64,000 nucleotides of DNA, from positions 73,823 to 137,822 of the forward strand of contig JBBDYC010000004.1 of assembly GCA_040901985.1 (NCBI GenBank), written 5' to 3'. The notes below the pieces were generated by a model, which made no database searches, had not been told where the DNA came from, and saw only the letters and a program-made list of their open reading frames with translations. Below, in pieces: positions 8,326 to 17,813 of this stretch (positions within the stretch are counted from its first letter, which is position 1; each line of letters opens with the position of its first letter). The translations under genes were made by a program, and so were the position numbers. This stretch comes from Gemmatimonadaceae bacterium (GTDB lineage Bacteria > Gemmatimonadota > Gemmatimonadetes > Gemmatimonadales > Gemmatimonadaceae).

Positions 8326-10766
8326 GGCTCGCCCGGCTGCGGCTCGTGAACTTCCGGCAGCACGTCGAGACCCAGATCGAGTTCGATTCCGGGCTGACCG
8401 GGATCATCGGCCCCAACGGCGCCGGCAAGTCCACGATCCTCGAGGCGATCGCCTGGGCGCTCTATGGCGGGAACACCGCGCGCGGCGGCAACGAGTCCAT
8501 CCGGTTCCACCGCGCCGCACCGCGCGCGCCGGTGCGGGTGGAGCTCGACTTCGACCTCGCCGGCCACCGCTACCGCGTGGTCCGTGGCCTCTCGACCGCC
8601 GAGCTCTTCCTCGACGGCGGCGAGACGCCGATCGCCAACTCGGTCACGACGGTCGCCGAGATGCTGCAGCGGCGGATCGGGATGACGCGGACGGAGTTCT
8701 TCAACACCTACTTCACCGGCCAGAAGGAACTCGCGGTGATGCAGGCGCTCACCGCCGGCGAGCGCGCCCAGTTCCTCTCTCGCGTCCTCGGCTACGAGAA
8801 GCTCCGGGTGGCGCAGGACCTCTGCGGGGTGCGGCGCAAGGAACTCGCGAGCGAGGTGGCGGGGCTGCGGTCGGGGATGCCCGAGCGCGAGACCGTGCTG
8901 CGCGAGGAGCGCGCAGCGACCGACGTGCTGCGCGAGGCGGCGCGCGCGGTGGAGGCCGCCGAGCGGCTCGAGCGCGAGACCGGGGACGCCCTCTCGAGCG
9001 TCGCCCCGCGCTGGCTCGCCGCGCAGACGGGACGCGACGAGCGTCAGCGGATTGAGACCGAGCTGGCGGCGATTGACGGGGAGGATGCCGCACTCGGCCA
9101 GAACGCCGAGCGGATCGAGCGGGAGCTGGCGCAGGTGGAGGAGGCGCGCACGAGCCTCGCCCCGCTGCTGCCCGACCTCGCCGCGCTCGAGGAAGTGTCG
9201 CAGCGGCTGGAGGCGCAGCGCGCCCTCGCCTCGAGCGACGGCCGTCGGCGCGCCCTCGAGACGGCCCGCGAGGCGCTGGCTGCCGAATGCGCCGCGTTCG
9301 AGGAGCAGCTCGAGCGGCTCCGCGCGACCACGGCGACCGAGGAGCGCGTCACGCAGGACCTCGCGTCGCATCGGCAGGCAGCGGAGGATGCGCAGGGCAA
9401 GCTCGAGGCGCGCCGCACCGAGTGGGTCCGCGAGCGTCAGGAGGTCGAGAGCCGGCTGCGCGCCCTGCGCACGCAATACGCCGAGTTGCGCGACCAGCGC
9501 GACAAACTCGTCACCGCCGGCGAGGAAGGCGACTGTCCGACCTGTGCGCGTCCGCTTGGCGAGCACTTCCGGAACGTGCTCGACGTGATCGAGCGGCAGC
9601 TCGAGACGGTCGAGGCCGACGGCGGCTACTTTCGGTCGCGGCTAGAGCAGCTCGAGGCGATGCCGGCCGACATCACGCATCTCGGCGCGCTGCGCGGGAA
9701 GCTGCAGGAGGACGTCAGCCTGCTGGTGGGACGGCTGGCGCAGGTGCAGGGGGACGCGCGGCTGCGCGCGCAGGTCGAGCGCGACCTCGGCGCCAAGCGC
9801 ACGCGGCTCGGGGCGATCGCCGCCGAGCTCGCCACGCTTCCGGAGGGATTCGACGAGGCGACGTTCCGTGCGCTCGACCAGGAGCACGGGCGGCTCGTCG
9901 AGTCCACGACGCTGGCGAACCGCCTGTCCATGACGATCGAGCGGGAGCCGGCCTTGACGCGTGAGGCAGAAGCCTCGGCGCGCAAGCGCGCGGCGCTGAA
10001 CGAGCGCCGCGCCGCCGCGACGGCGCGCCTCGGCGCGTACACGATTCCCGAGGGCGACTACGCCGAGCTGCGGCAGCTGCACGACGGGGTCGCGGCGGCG
10101 CACGCCGCCGCGGCGCAGCAGGCGGCGGCGGTGCGCGCGGCGCGCGACCTCGCCGCCGCCGGCGCGGCGCGGGCCACCGACGCCCGGACTGCCTACGAGG
10201 CGCTCGAGGCCAAGGTCGAGGCGCTCGAGGGTCAGCGCCGGCTCCACGACGAGCTCCATCGCGCCTACACCGACCTGCGGACCGACCTCAACTTCCAGCT
10301 GCGCCCGGAGCTCTCCGAGCTCGCGTCGGCGTTCCTCACTGAACTGACGGACGCGCGCTACACCGAACTCGAGCCCGACGACCGGTACCGGATCCTCGTG
10401 CTCGAGGACGGGGTGCCAAAGCCGGTGATCTCGGGTGGCGAGGAGGATGTCGCGAACCTGGTGCTCCGCCTCGCCATCTCGCAGATGATCGCCGAGCGGG
10501 CGGGACAGGCCTTCTCGCTCCTCGTGCTCGACGAAGTCTTCGGGTCGCTCGACGACGTGCGGCGGCAGAACGTCGTCGAACTCCTGCGCGGACTGCAGGA
10601 CCGGTTCGACCAAGTAATCGTCATCACGCACATCGAGGGCGTGCGCGACGGCCTCGACCGGGTGATCTCGGTCGGATTCGACGAGCAGACCGGGGCGGCG
10701 GCGGTCTCGCGGGCCGAGCCGGGGCTCGCCGAGCTGGCGCTGCTCGGCGCCGGGACGGCGGGATGA
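8322..10766 (+). CDS. sbcC: SbcC/Rad50 SMC-family ATPase
   Basis: Walker A GPNGAGKST, long coiled coil, zinc hook CPTC, signature ISGGE, Walker B/D-loop LVLDEVFGSLD, ITH. Confidence 0.92.
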   Translation: MRLARLRLVNFRQHVETQIEFDSGLTGIIGPNGAGKSTILEAIAWALYGGNTARGGNESIRFHRAAPRAPVRVELDFDLAGHRYRVVRGLSTAELFLDGGETPIANSVTTVAEMLQRRIGMTRTEFFNTYFTGQKELAVMQALTAGERAQFLSRVLGYEKLRVAQDLCGVRRKELASEVAGLRSGMPERETVLREERAATDVLREAARAVEAAERLERETGDALSSVAPRWLAAQTGRDERQRIETELAAIDGEDAALGQNAERIERELAQVEEARTSLAPLLPDLAALEEVSQRLEAQRALASSDGRRRALETAREALAAECAAFEEQLERLRATTATEERVTQDLASHRQAAEDAQGKLEARRTEWVRERQEVESRLRALRTQYAELRDQRDKLVTAGEEGDCPTCARPLGEHFRNVLDVIERQLETVEADGGYFRSRLEQLEAMPADITHLGALRGKLQEDVSLLVGRLAQVQGDARLRAQVERDLGAKRTRLGAIAAELATLPEGFDEATFRALDQEHGRLVESTTLANRLSMTIEREPALTREAEASARKRAALNERRAAATARLGAYTIPEGDYAELRQLHDGVAAAHAAAAQQAAAVRAARDLAAAGAARATDARTAYEALEAKVEALEGQRRLHDELHRAYTDLRTDLNFQLRPELSELASAFLTELTDARYTELEPDDRYRILVLEDGVPKPVISGGEEDVANLVLRLAISQMIAERAGQAFSLLVLDEVFGSLDDVRRQNVVELLRGLQDRFDQVIVITHIEGVRDGLDRVISVGFDEQTGAAAVSRAEPGLAELALLGAGTAG

Positions 10767-11728
10767 CAGACGTCGCCGCACGCACAAGCGGTCCGTTCCC
10801 GATCGGGCTCGACGACCTGCCGGAGCTGAACGCGCTCTTCAGCGAGGCCTTCAGCGAGCGCTACCGGCGTGACGGGATGTCGGGCGTACGCGTGCCGCCC
10901 CTCAATCCGGCCATCTGGCGCTTCGCCATCGAGGGCGCGGGCGACGGGGCGATGCTCTGGCGCGATGGGATGGGGCGAATCGCCGCCTTCAACCTGGCGC
11001 ACGTGTCGGGGCGCGAGGGGTGGATGGGGCCGCTCGCCGTGCGCGAGGAGGTCCAGGGGCGCGGTATTGGCCGGATGGTCGTGCGGACGGGAATTGACCA
11101 TCTCAAGCGGGCCGGATGTACGGTGATTGGACTCGAGACGATGCCGCGCACAATGGACAACATCGGCTTTTACGCGTCGCTCGGGTTCGCGCCGGCGCGG
11201 CTGACGATCACGCTGACGCTCGAGGCCGGCGGGAGCGGTACCGACGAGCCCGAACTGCTCTCGACTGCCGGCAGCGCGGAACGCGGCAGCCTGATTGCCG
11301 AATGCGCGGCGCTCACCGCGCGCGTGCGGCCGGGCGGCGACTATTCGCGCGAGCTTGCACTCACGCTTCGCCACGCGCTCGGCGACGCGGTCCTGCTTCG
11401 CGATGCGGCGGGGATGCTCGAGGGCTTTGCGCTCTTCCACGACGTGCCGCTGGTCGAGGGACGCAGCCGCGACGAGTTGCGGGTGCTGAAACTCGTCGTC
11501 GCCGATGTGGTGCGCCTCGGCGCGCTGACGTCGGCGCTGCGCGCCCAGGCGCGGCGCAGCGGCACGCTGCGCGCGGCGGTGCGCATGCAGGGCGAGTACC
11601 GCTCGGCGTTCAGCGCCCTGGTGGCCGATGGTGCGCGGGTCCGCTGGACCGACCTGCGGATGACGCTCAGCGGGTACGAGGAATCCGTTCCCTCGCCGGG
11701 CATCGCCCTCTCCAACTGGGAGATCTGA
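10763..11728 (+). CDS. GNAT-family N-acetyltransferase
   Basis: GWMGPLAV...QGRGIG acetyl-CoA motif, NIGFYASLGF; ATGA overlap with sbcC. Confidence 0.85.
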   Translation: MTDVAARTSGPFPIGLDDLPELNALFSEAFSERYRRDGMSGVRVPPLNPAIWRFAIEGAGDGAMLWRDGMGRIAAFNLAHVSGREGWMGPLAVREEVQGRGIGRMVVRTGIDHLKRAGCTVIGLETMPRTMDNIGFYASLGFAPARLTITLTLEAGGSGTDEPELLSTAGSAERGSLIAECAALTARVRPGGDYSRELALTLRHALGDAVLLRDAAGMLEGFALFHDVPLVEGRSRDELRVLKLVVADVVRLGALTSALRAQARRSGTLRAAVRMQGEYRSAFSALVADGARVRWTDLRMTLSGYEESVPSPGIALSNWEI

Positions 11729-11731
11729 GCG

Positions 11732-11896
11732 TTAGCGTGACTTTCGCGCGCGCTCGGCCCGCTTGACCGCGCCGAAGATCAGGAAGAAGACGCCGAGCGT
11801 CAGGAACAGGTGGATGATGCCGGGCGCGGAAAAGAGAAACGTCCCGGCCGCCCAGAGGATGAGCATTGCGATGCCGGTGATGGTCAACAGGTCCAT
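11732..11896 (-). CDS. Small membrane protein (lmo0937/DUF5670-like)
   Basis: 54 aa, two hydrophobic segments with LILWAAG...GIIHLFL pattern, basic tail. Confidence 0.65.
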   Translation of the reverse strand: MDLLTITGIAMLILWAAGTFLFSAPGIIHLFLTLGVFFLIFGAVKRAERARKSR

Positions 11897-11927
11897 AAAC
11901 AGGTTCCGAAATGGGGGAAAGTTCGTA

Positions 11928-11956
11928 TTGACGCGTTCGGACACCGCTCCTACATT
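11928..11956 (+). promoter_or_regulatory. Sigma70-type promoter for the 6S-like RNA
   Basis: TTGACG (11928-33) - 17 bp - TACATT (11951-56). Confidence 0.8.
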
Positions 11957-11958
11957 CT

Positions 11959-12130
11959 GGCACCGACTCTTGGGACGGAGAGAATCCACTTTTTGAGCCG
12001 ATAAGTCCTCCGAAGCGGATCCAACATCTCTGCTGCCGTCACGCCCGGACGCCGGGAAGGCGAAAGCAGGGTGAGGGCCTCATGCATTCGACGGGGCTTC
12101 AAAATCCTCTTTCCGCTCCCACCCATTGCC
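11959..12130 (+). ncRNA. ssrS: 6S RNA (candidate)
   Basis: ~170-nt rod with internal loops: TGGGA/TCCCA, CGGAGAGA/TCTTTCCG, TTTTGA-GCC/GGC-T-TCAAAA, CTCTGCT/AGCAGGG, CCCGG/CCGGG; contains TGAGCCGATA as in E. coli 6S; promoter upstream, terminator downstream. Confidence 0.8.
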
Positions 12131-12168
12131 GAAGCTCCGTCCGCAGCGGACGGAGCTTCGGTCGTTTT
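12129..12168 (+). terminator. Intrinsic terminator
   Basis: 15-bp stem CCGAAGCTCCGTCCG / CGGACGGAGCTTCGG, loop CAG, followed by TCGTTTT. Confidence 0.8.
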
Positions 12169-12217
12169 GCGCCGTGCCCTCCCGGAACCGCCCGCGCCGA
12201 CACAGGCTTAATGTAGC

Positions 12218-12631
12218 ATGCCGATCGTTTCTGCCACCCGCCTCGTCCGGTTCAACGCCGCGCACCGCGTGTACAATCCCGCGTGGAGCGACGCCGAGAA
12301 CGCGCGCGTGTTCGGGAAGTGCAACAACCCCAACTGGCACGGCCACAACTACACGCTCGAGATCACGGTCGAGGGGACACCCGATCCGACGACCGGCTAC
12401 ACGTTCGACCTCGGCGAGCTCAAGCGAATTGCCGAGACCGAGTTGGTGCAGCAGGTGGACCACAAGAATCTCAACCTCGACGTCCCGTTCATGGCGGGCG
12501 TCATCCCGACGACGGAGAACCTCGTGGTGGCGTGCTGGCGGATCCTCGCGCCGAAGGTCGCGCCGGCGCGGCTGACCCGGCTCAAGCTCTGGGAAACGGA
12601 GAACCATTATGTCGAATACGACGGCCGCTGA
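12218..12631 (+). CDS. 6-pyruvoyl-tetrahydropterin synthase family protein (PTPS-II / eukaryote-like type)
   Basis: [33 protein letters not shown] motifs. Confidence 0.9.
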   Translation: MPIVSATRLVRFNAAHRVYNPAWSDAENARVFGKCNNPNWHGHNYTLEITVEGTPDPTTGYTFDLGELKRIAETELVQQVDHKNLNLDVPFMAGVIPTTENLVVACWRILAPKVAPARLTRLKLWETENHYVEYDGR

Positions 12632-13271
12632 GGCGGCGCGCCGCGCGGCCCGCGCCGCCGCGGGCTCGGATGCGTTCGAGGCCGACCCGTCCATCCACGG
12701 CGATCGGCTCCTCGAGTTCGAGAACATCGTGCGTCGCGAGCTCGAGCTCATCGGCGAGGATCCGTCGCGCCAGGGCCTGCTGAAGACGCCGGAGCGCGTG
12801 GCGAAGTCGATGGCCTGGCTGACGCGCGGCTACGAGATGAGCGTCGACGACGTCGTCGGCGATGCGGTCTTCGACGAGGAGCACGAGTCGATGGTGATGG
12901 TGCGCGACATCGAGCTCTACTCGCTCTGCGAACATCACCTGCTCCCCTTCTTCGGCAAGGCGCATATCGCCTACATCCCGGACGGGCGGATTGTCGGGCT
13001 GTCGAAGCTCCCGCGGATCGTGGAGGTCTTCGCGCGTCGGCTCCAGGTGCAGGAGCGGCTGACCGAGCAGATCGCGGAGGCGATTGACGACGTACTGCAT
13101 CCGGAAGGCGTCGGCGTGGTGATCGAGTGCGAGCACCTCTGCATGATGATGCGAGGGGTCGAGAAGCAGAACTCGAAGACGATTACATCCTCGCTGCGCG
13201 GCACGTTCAAGGACTCGCCGATGACGCGCGACGAGTTCCTGCGGCTCGCCTACGGCCCGGCGCGTCCGTGA
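12609..13271 (+). CDS. folE: GTP cyclohydrolase I
   Basis: [45 protein letters not shown]. Confidence 0.97.
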   Translation: MSNTTAAEAARRAARAAAGSDAFEADPSIHGDRLLEFENIVRRELELIGEDPSRQGLLKTPERVAKSMAWLTRGYEMSVDDVVGDAVFDEEHESMVMVRDIELYSLCEHHLLPFFGKAHIAYIPDGRIVGLSKLPRIVEVFARRLQVQERLTEQIAEAIDDVLHPEGVGVVIECEHLCMMMRGVEKQNSKTITSSLRGTFKDSPMTRDEFLRLAYGPARP

Positions 13272-13975
13272 AGGGACGGACGGCGCTGGTGACCGGTGCC
13301 TCGCGTGGAATCGGGGCGGCGGTCGCGCGGGCGCTGGCGATGGCCGGCGCCCGCGTGGTCCTCGTCGCGCGCTCGGCGGGCGAGCTCTCGGCGCTCGCCG
13401 CCGAGTTGCCGAATGGTGCCGCGCCGCTCCCCGCCGACCTCGCCCAGCCCGATGCGACGCCGACCGTCGCCATCGCTGCGCGGGAGATTCTCGGCGCCGA
13501 TCCGGACATCCTCGTGCACGCCGCAGGGACATTCCCGATGACGCGGTTCGAGAACACCACGGACGCCGACCTCGAGCGTGCGCTGGCATTGAATGTCGCC
13601 GCTCCGCTCCGCCTGACCCGTGCCTTCCTGCCGGCGATGCGTGCACGGCGGTCCGGGCACGTCGTGATGATCGGCTCGATTGCCGACCGACAGGCCTTTC
13701 CCGACAACTCGGTCTACGCGGCCACCAAGCACGCGCTGCGGGCGGCGCACGAGGTGTTGCGCGCCGAGACCCGAGGCAGTGGCGTGCGCGCGACGATCAT
13801 CTCGCCGGCGGCCACCGATACGCCAATCTGGGATCCCTACGACCCCGACGGCTCAGGGCACCTGCCGTCGCGGAGTGACATGCTACGGGCCGAGGATGTG
13901 GCCGATGCCGTGCTCTGGGCGGTGACGCGTCCGCCGCACGTGGATGTGGACGAGCTGCGTCTCTCGCGCAGCTAG
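13268..13975 (+). CDS. SDR oxidoreductase (candidate sepiapterin reductase)
   Basis: TGASRGIG Rossmann motif, YAATK catalytic motif; GTG 13268 overlaps folE stop. Confidence 0.88.
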   Translation: MKGRTALVTGASRGIGAAVARALAMAGARVVLVARSAGELSALAAELPNGAAPLPADLAQPDATPTVAIAAREILGADPDILVHAAGTFPMTRFENTTDADLERALALNVAAPLRLTRAFLPAMRARRSGHVVMIGSIADRQAFPDNSVYAATKHALRAAHEVLRAETRGSGVRATIISPAATDTPIWDPYDPDGSGHLPSRSDMLRAEDVADAVLWAVTRPPHVDVDELRLSRS

Positions 13976-15189
13976 CGTTTGGGCTGGTCGGGCGCGTCCG
14001 GCGCCTTGACGGCCTCGGGGGCCTTTGGCGTGTCGGGCGGGCGGGGCTCCTTCCGCCGCTCCGCCGCCACCCCGGCCAGCAGATCGTCCTCGAACTCGTC
14101 GGCGAGGGCGCGCGTCACCTCGTCGAGGCTCCCTGTGCTCTCGAACAGCGCGCGCTGCCGCTCCGCGCTCGTCGGTGCGCCGTCGGCAATCCGTCGCAAC
14201 TCGGCGATGTACGACGACCCGGCGGCGGCGAATCCGTTCTCGATCAGGTCGTCGAGCGTCCGCGCGAGGTACGGGCGGATCGGCATCGTGCTGCCGTCGT
14301 TGCCGGTGATGTAGTCGGCGTCCATCCCGTGCCGCGAGGCCCGCCACTTGTTCTCGCGGACGCGCCAGGCCGGCGGGAAGGGGCGCGCGACGCCGACGGC
14401 CACGCGCGCCGCCGAGCGGCGCGCCAGCGCCTGCACGAGCGCGACGACCATCGCCGTCTCGCGAATCGTCGCCAGCCCGTCGCAGACGCGGATCTCGAGC
14501 GTGCCGTAGCGCGGACTCGGGCGAATGTCCCACCAGAGGTCCTTGAGGGACGTGATCGCGTTGGCGTGCTGCAACGTCGCCACGAGCTCGCAGAACTCGG
14601 TCCAGTCGTGCACCAGCGCCGGCATCCCGCCCGTCGGCAGCGCCTCGAAGACGGTGATCCGCGAGGAGGCGAGGCCCGTCGCGTGCCCCTGCCAGAACGG
14701 TGAACTGGTGGAGACCGCGAGCAAGAGGCCGAGGTCGTAGAGCAGGTCGTTCTGCACGGCGATGCACGTCTCGGGGTCCGGCATCCCGACGTGGACGTGC
14801 AGCCCGAAGATCAGGAGGCGTCGGGCAATCCACTGGTTGCGGGCGATCAGCCCGTGGTATCGGTCGGCCGGATAGAGCTTGCGCTCCTGATAGGTCGCGG
14901 TCGGGTGGGTGCCGGTGGCGATGAAGCGCACGCCCTGTTCGCGGGCGAGCGGCATCAGCCGGCTGCACGTTGCGCGCAGGTCGGCCTCGGCGGCCGCGGC
15001 GTTGGCGCAGATGCCGGTGCTGACCTCCAGCATCGACTGGAAGATCTCGGGCTGCACCGTCGGCGGCCCGCTCCAGCGACTGAGGAGTTGCGGCGCCTTG
15101 GGCGACAGTTCGAGCGTCTGCCGATCAACGATCTGGAGCTCCACCTCCACGCCGAGCGTGTTGGGCTCCGACTTCACGAAGTCGAGCAT
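13972..15189 (-). CDS. YbdK-family carboxylate-amine (glutamate-cysteine-like) ligase
   Basis: TLGVEVELQ, FGLHVHVG, SSPFWQG, WWDIRPSPRYGTLEIRVCD, ENKWRASRHG; ATG 15189. Confidence 0.92.
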   Translation of the reverse strand: MLDFVKSEPNTLGVEVELQIVDRQTLELSPKAPQLLSRWSGPPTVQPEIFQSMLEVSTGICANAAAAEADLRATCSRLMPLAREQGVRFIATGTHPTATYQERKLYPADRYHGLIARNQWIARRLLIFGLHVHVGMPDPETCIAVQNDLLYDLGLLLAVSTSSPFWQGHATGLASSRITVFEALPTGGMPALVHDWTEFCELVATLQHANAITSLKDLWWDIRPSPRYGTLEIRVCDGLATIRETAMVVALVQALARRSAARVAVGVARPFPPAWRVRENKWRASRHGMDADYITGNDGSTMPIRPYLARTLDDLIENGFAAAGSSYIAELRRIADGAPTSAERQRALFESTGSLDEVTRALADEFEDDLLAGVAAERRKEPRPPDTPKAPEAVKAPDAPDQPKR

Positions 15190-15280
15190 GGGCGTGCGGT
15201 CGGGATTCGCGGCGCGCGCATCGTGCGCTCGCACAGGACCATCTAACTTACACCGATGCCACGGCGTGGGGAGCACTAGA

Positions 15281-15907
15281 ATGCGGCTCGAACTCGCGGA
15301 ACGGCTGCGCTGTCCGGCGGCCCACACGGCGACCGCGCTCGTTGTGGTCGCCACGCGCCTGGCCGACCGTGAACTCGTCGAGGCATCCGTCGGGTGTCCG
15401 GTCTGTCGCCTCGAGGCCCGCGTGCAGGACGGGGACGTCGTCTTCCCTGACGCGCCGCGCAACGGGGCACCTCACCGGGCGATGGACGACGCTGCCGCAG
15501 GGGATCGGCTCATCGCGCTGCTCGGCCTCGCCGAGCCTGGCGGCGCGGTGTTGCTCACGGGACGCTACATCGCGCTGGCGGCGGCGCTGGCGGAAGCGGT
15601 CAACGTGGCGGTGATGTGCCTCGGCGCGCCGCCGCCGACGCGCGCCGCGGGCGTGAGCGCGGTCCACGCGCCCGTGGGGAGCGTCCCGTTTACCGACGGC
15701 ACGTTCCGCGCCGCGGCGCTCGACGCCGGAGTGGACGCCTCGACGGTGCGCGAGGCCGTCCGGACCGTCAGCGCCGCCGGCCGCGTTGTCGGCGCGCTGC
15801 CGCTGGAACGTCCGCCGGGCGTCAGCGAGCTGGCGCGCGACGGGCGGGAGTGGGTCGGCGAGCGGGACGCCGGCGCGAGCGGCGTCGTGCCGCTGCGTCG
15901 CGCCTGA
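15281..15907 (+). CDS. Hypothetical protein: Trm112-like N-terminus plus degenerate methyltransferase-like domain
   Basis: LRCPAAH...CPVC...VQDG N-terminus; VPFTDGTF resembles a methyltransferase motif; ATG 15281. Confidence 0.6.
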   Translation: MRLELAERLRCPAAHTATALVVVATRLADRELVEASVGCPVCRLEARVQDGDVVFPDAPRNGAPHRAMDDAAAGDRLIALLGLAEPGGAVLLTGRYIALAAALAEAVNVAVMCLGAPPPTRAAGVSAVHAPVGSVPFTDGTFRAAALDAGVDASTVREAVRTVSAAGRVVGALPLERPPGVSELARDGREWVGERDAGASGVVPLRRA

Positions 15908-15949
15908 TCCACCATCGGCGCCGGCGGCGCCGCCGTCAGCGCGCCGTGA

Positions 15950-17764
15950 TCAGTCGCCGCCGTACAGTGAATCGATCAACGCCTTGTACGACTGGTCCAC
16001 CACCCTCCGCTTGACGCTCAGCTTCGGCGTCAGCTCCCCGCGCTCGATCGAGAAGTCGTGCTCGAGCAGCCCGACCTTCTTCGGCATCTCGAAGGACGCC
16101 AGTCCGGTGAGCGACCCGAGGACCTCCTTCTCCATCTTCGCCCGGATCGTCGGCATCTCCAGCAGCTGCCGGCGTTCGGTCCAGATGATGTTCTTGATCC
16201 CCGCCCACTTCTCGAGGTTGTCCCAGTTGGGGACGATCAGGACGATCGGAAACTTGCGCTTGTCGCCGATCATCACCGCCTGCGAGACGTACTTGTTGAG
16301 CTTGATGCGGTTCTCGATTGGCTGCGGCGCGATGTTCTTGCCGCCGGCGGTGACGATGATGTCCTTCTTGCGGTCGGTGATGCGGAGAAAGCCGTCCTCG
16401 AGCACGCCGATGTCGCCGGTGTGGAACCACCCGTCGGCGTCAATGACCTCGGCAGTCGCGTCGGGGCGGTTGTAGTAGCCCTTCATCACGTGGGGGCCCC
16501 GGGTGAGGATCTCGCCGTCGGGGGCGATCATCACCTCGACGCCGGCCACCGGCTTGCCCACGGACCCGATGCGGAACGCGTCGTCGCTGTTCACCGCGAT
16601 CACCGGCGACGTCTCGGTGAGGCCGTACCCCTCGAGGATCGTGAGGCCGGCGGCGTAGAAGAACTTGTTGATGGACGGCGCGAGCGGCGCTCCGCCGGAG
16701 ACGAAGTACCGAAGCCGGCCGCCGGTGCGCTCCTTCAGCTTGGAGAATACGAGCTTCTGCGCGAGCGCATACTGCCAGGCGAGGAAGCCGCCCGGTTCAC
16801 GGCCGCCAAGCTTCTCGTCGGCCCACCGGTCGGCAACCGCGGCCGCCCACCGGAAGATCCGCGCCTTCACCGCGCCGCCCGACATCGCGTTCTCCAGCAC
16901 CCGCGCATACATCTTCTCGAAGAGCCGCGGCACGGACATCGCGAAATGTGGCCGGACCTCCGAGAGATTGAACGGCACGGTGTCAATGCTCTCGGCGTAG
17001 GCGATGCTGACGCCGCACGCGAAGAAGAGGTAGTCACCCATCCGCTCGAAGATGTGCGAGAGCGGGAGGAAGCTCAGCGCCACCTCGCCGGCGTTCACTG
17101 GCACCTTCTGTCGCGCCGCGAGGACGTTCGACGAGATGTTGTCGTGCGTGAGCATCACGCCCTTCGGCAGGCCGGTCGTGCCCGAGGTGTAGATCAGCGT
17201 CGCCAGGTCGTCGGGCTTCACGGTCATCGCGGCGGCCTTCCACTCGGCCGCCTTGGCCTCGCTGTCGAGTGCCGCGCCACTCGTCTCCAGCTCGTGGAAT
17301 GTCATATCCACGCCCGGCGGGGCCGGGTCGGTGAAGCTGATGATCTTGCGCACCGTCTTGAGCTCGGCGCGCACGGAAGCCGCTTTCGCCGCCTGGTCGG
17401 CGGTCGAGACGAACAGCATCACGGCGCCCGAGTCATTGAGCGGGTGGACGATCTGCTCGGCCGGCAGCGTCGGGTAGATCGGGACGTCGGTCATCCCGCC
17501 GCCGAGGCAGGCCCAGTCGGCGAGCGCCCACTCGGGACGGTTCTCCGACATGATCCCGATCCGGTCGCCGCGCTGGACGCCGAGCGCGGAGAGGGCGAGG
17601 GAGATCCGTCGGACGCGCTGCAGGACCGCGCGGTGCGATATCGGCACATACGTCCCGCCGAGCTTGTACTGGTAGGCGTGCGGCTGGTCGTGGCGCTCCA
17701 CCGCCTCGAAGAAGAGCCGGTTCAGTGTGCTCGGCTCGGGTCGTGGTCCACCGGTTGCGGTCAT
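15950..17764 (-). CDS. Long-chain fatty acid-CoA ligase (AMP-binding)
   Basis: YTSGTTGLPKG, EGYGLTE, WFHTGDIG, DRKKDIIVTAGGKNIAP; ATG 17764. Confidence 0.95.
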   Translation of the reverse strand: MTATGGPRPEPSTLNRLFFEAVERHDQPHAYQYKLGGTYVPISHRAVLQRVRRISLALSALGVQRGDRIGIMSENRPEWALADWACLGGGMTDVPIYPTLPAEQIVHPLNDSGAVMLFVSTADQAAKAASVRAELKTVRKIISFTDPAPPGVDMTFHELETSGAALDSEAKAAEWKAAAMTVKPDDLATLIYTSGTTGLPKGVMLTHDNISSNVLAARQKVPVNAGEVALSFLPLSHIFERMGDYLFFACGVSIAYAESIDTVPFNLSEVRPHFAMSVPRLFEKMYARVLENAMSGGAVKARIFRWAAAVADRWADEKLGGREPGGFLAWQYALAQKLVFSKLKERTGGRLRYFVSGGAPLAPSINKFFYAAGLTILEGYGLTETSPVIAVNSDDAFRIGSVGKPVAGVEVMIAPDGEILTRGPHVMKGYYNRPDATAEVIDADGWFHTGDIGVLEDGFLRITDRKKDIIVTAGGKNIAPQPIENRIKLNKYVSQAVMIGDKRKFPIVLIVPNWDNLEKWAGIKNIIWTERRQLLEMPTIRAKMEKEVLGSLTGLASFEMPKKVGLLEHDFSIERGELTPKLSVKRRVVDQSYKALIDSLYGGD

Positions 17765-17813
17765 CGATCGTAGCTCGGGCGAGGGATGAATGATGCGGGG
17801 AGCGGGACTCGCG

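Noticed and set aside
7135..10766. SMC-type anti-plasmid or anti-phage defence system (Wadjet, Lamassu)
   Set aside because: Standard SbcD plus zinc-hook SbcC pair in a housekeeping context with no effector or kleisin genes
11959..12130. SRP RNA, preQ1 or ZTP riboswitch identity for the structured RNA
   Set aside because: No SRP GNRA/AGCAG domain-IV arrangement or recognisable riboswitch core by eye; length, rod shape and UGAGCCGAUA fit 6S better (covariance search still needed)
12218..12631. Annotation as queD
   Set aside because: Motif is C-x5-HGH (PTPS-II type) and no other que genes are in the window
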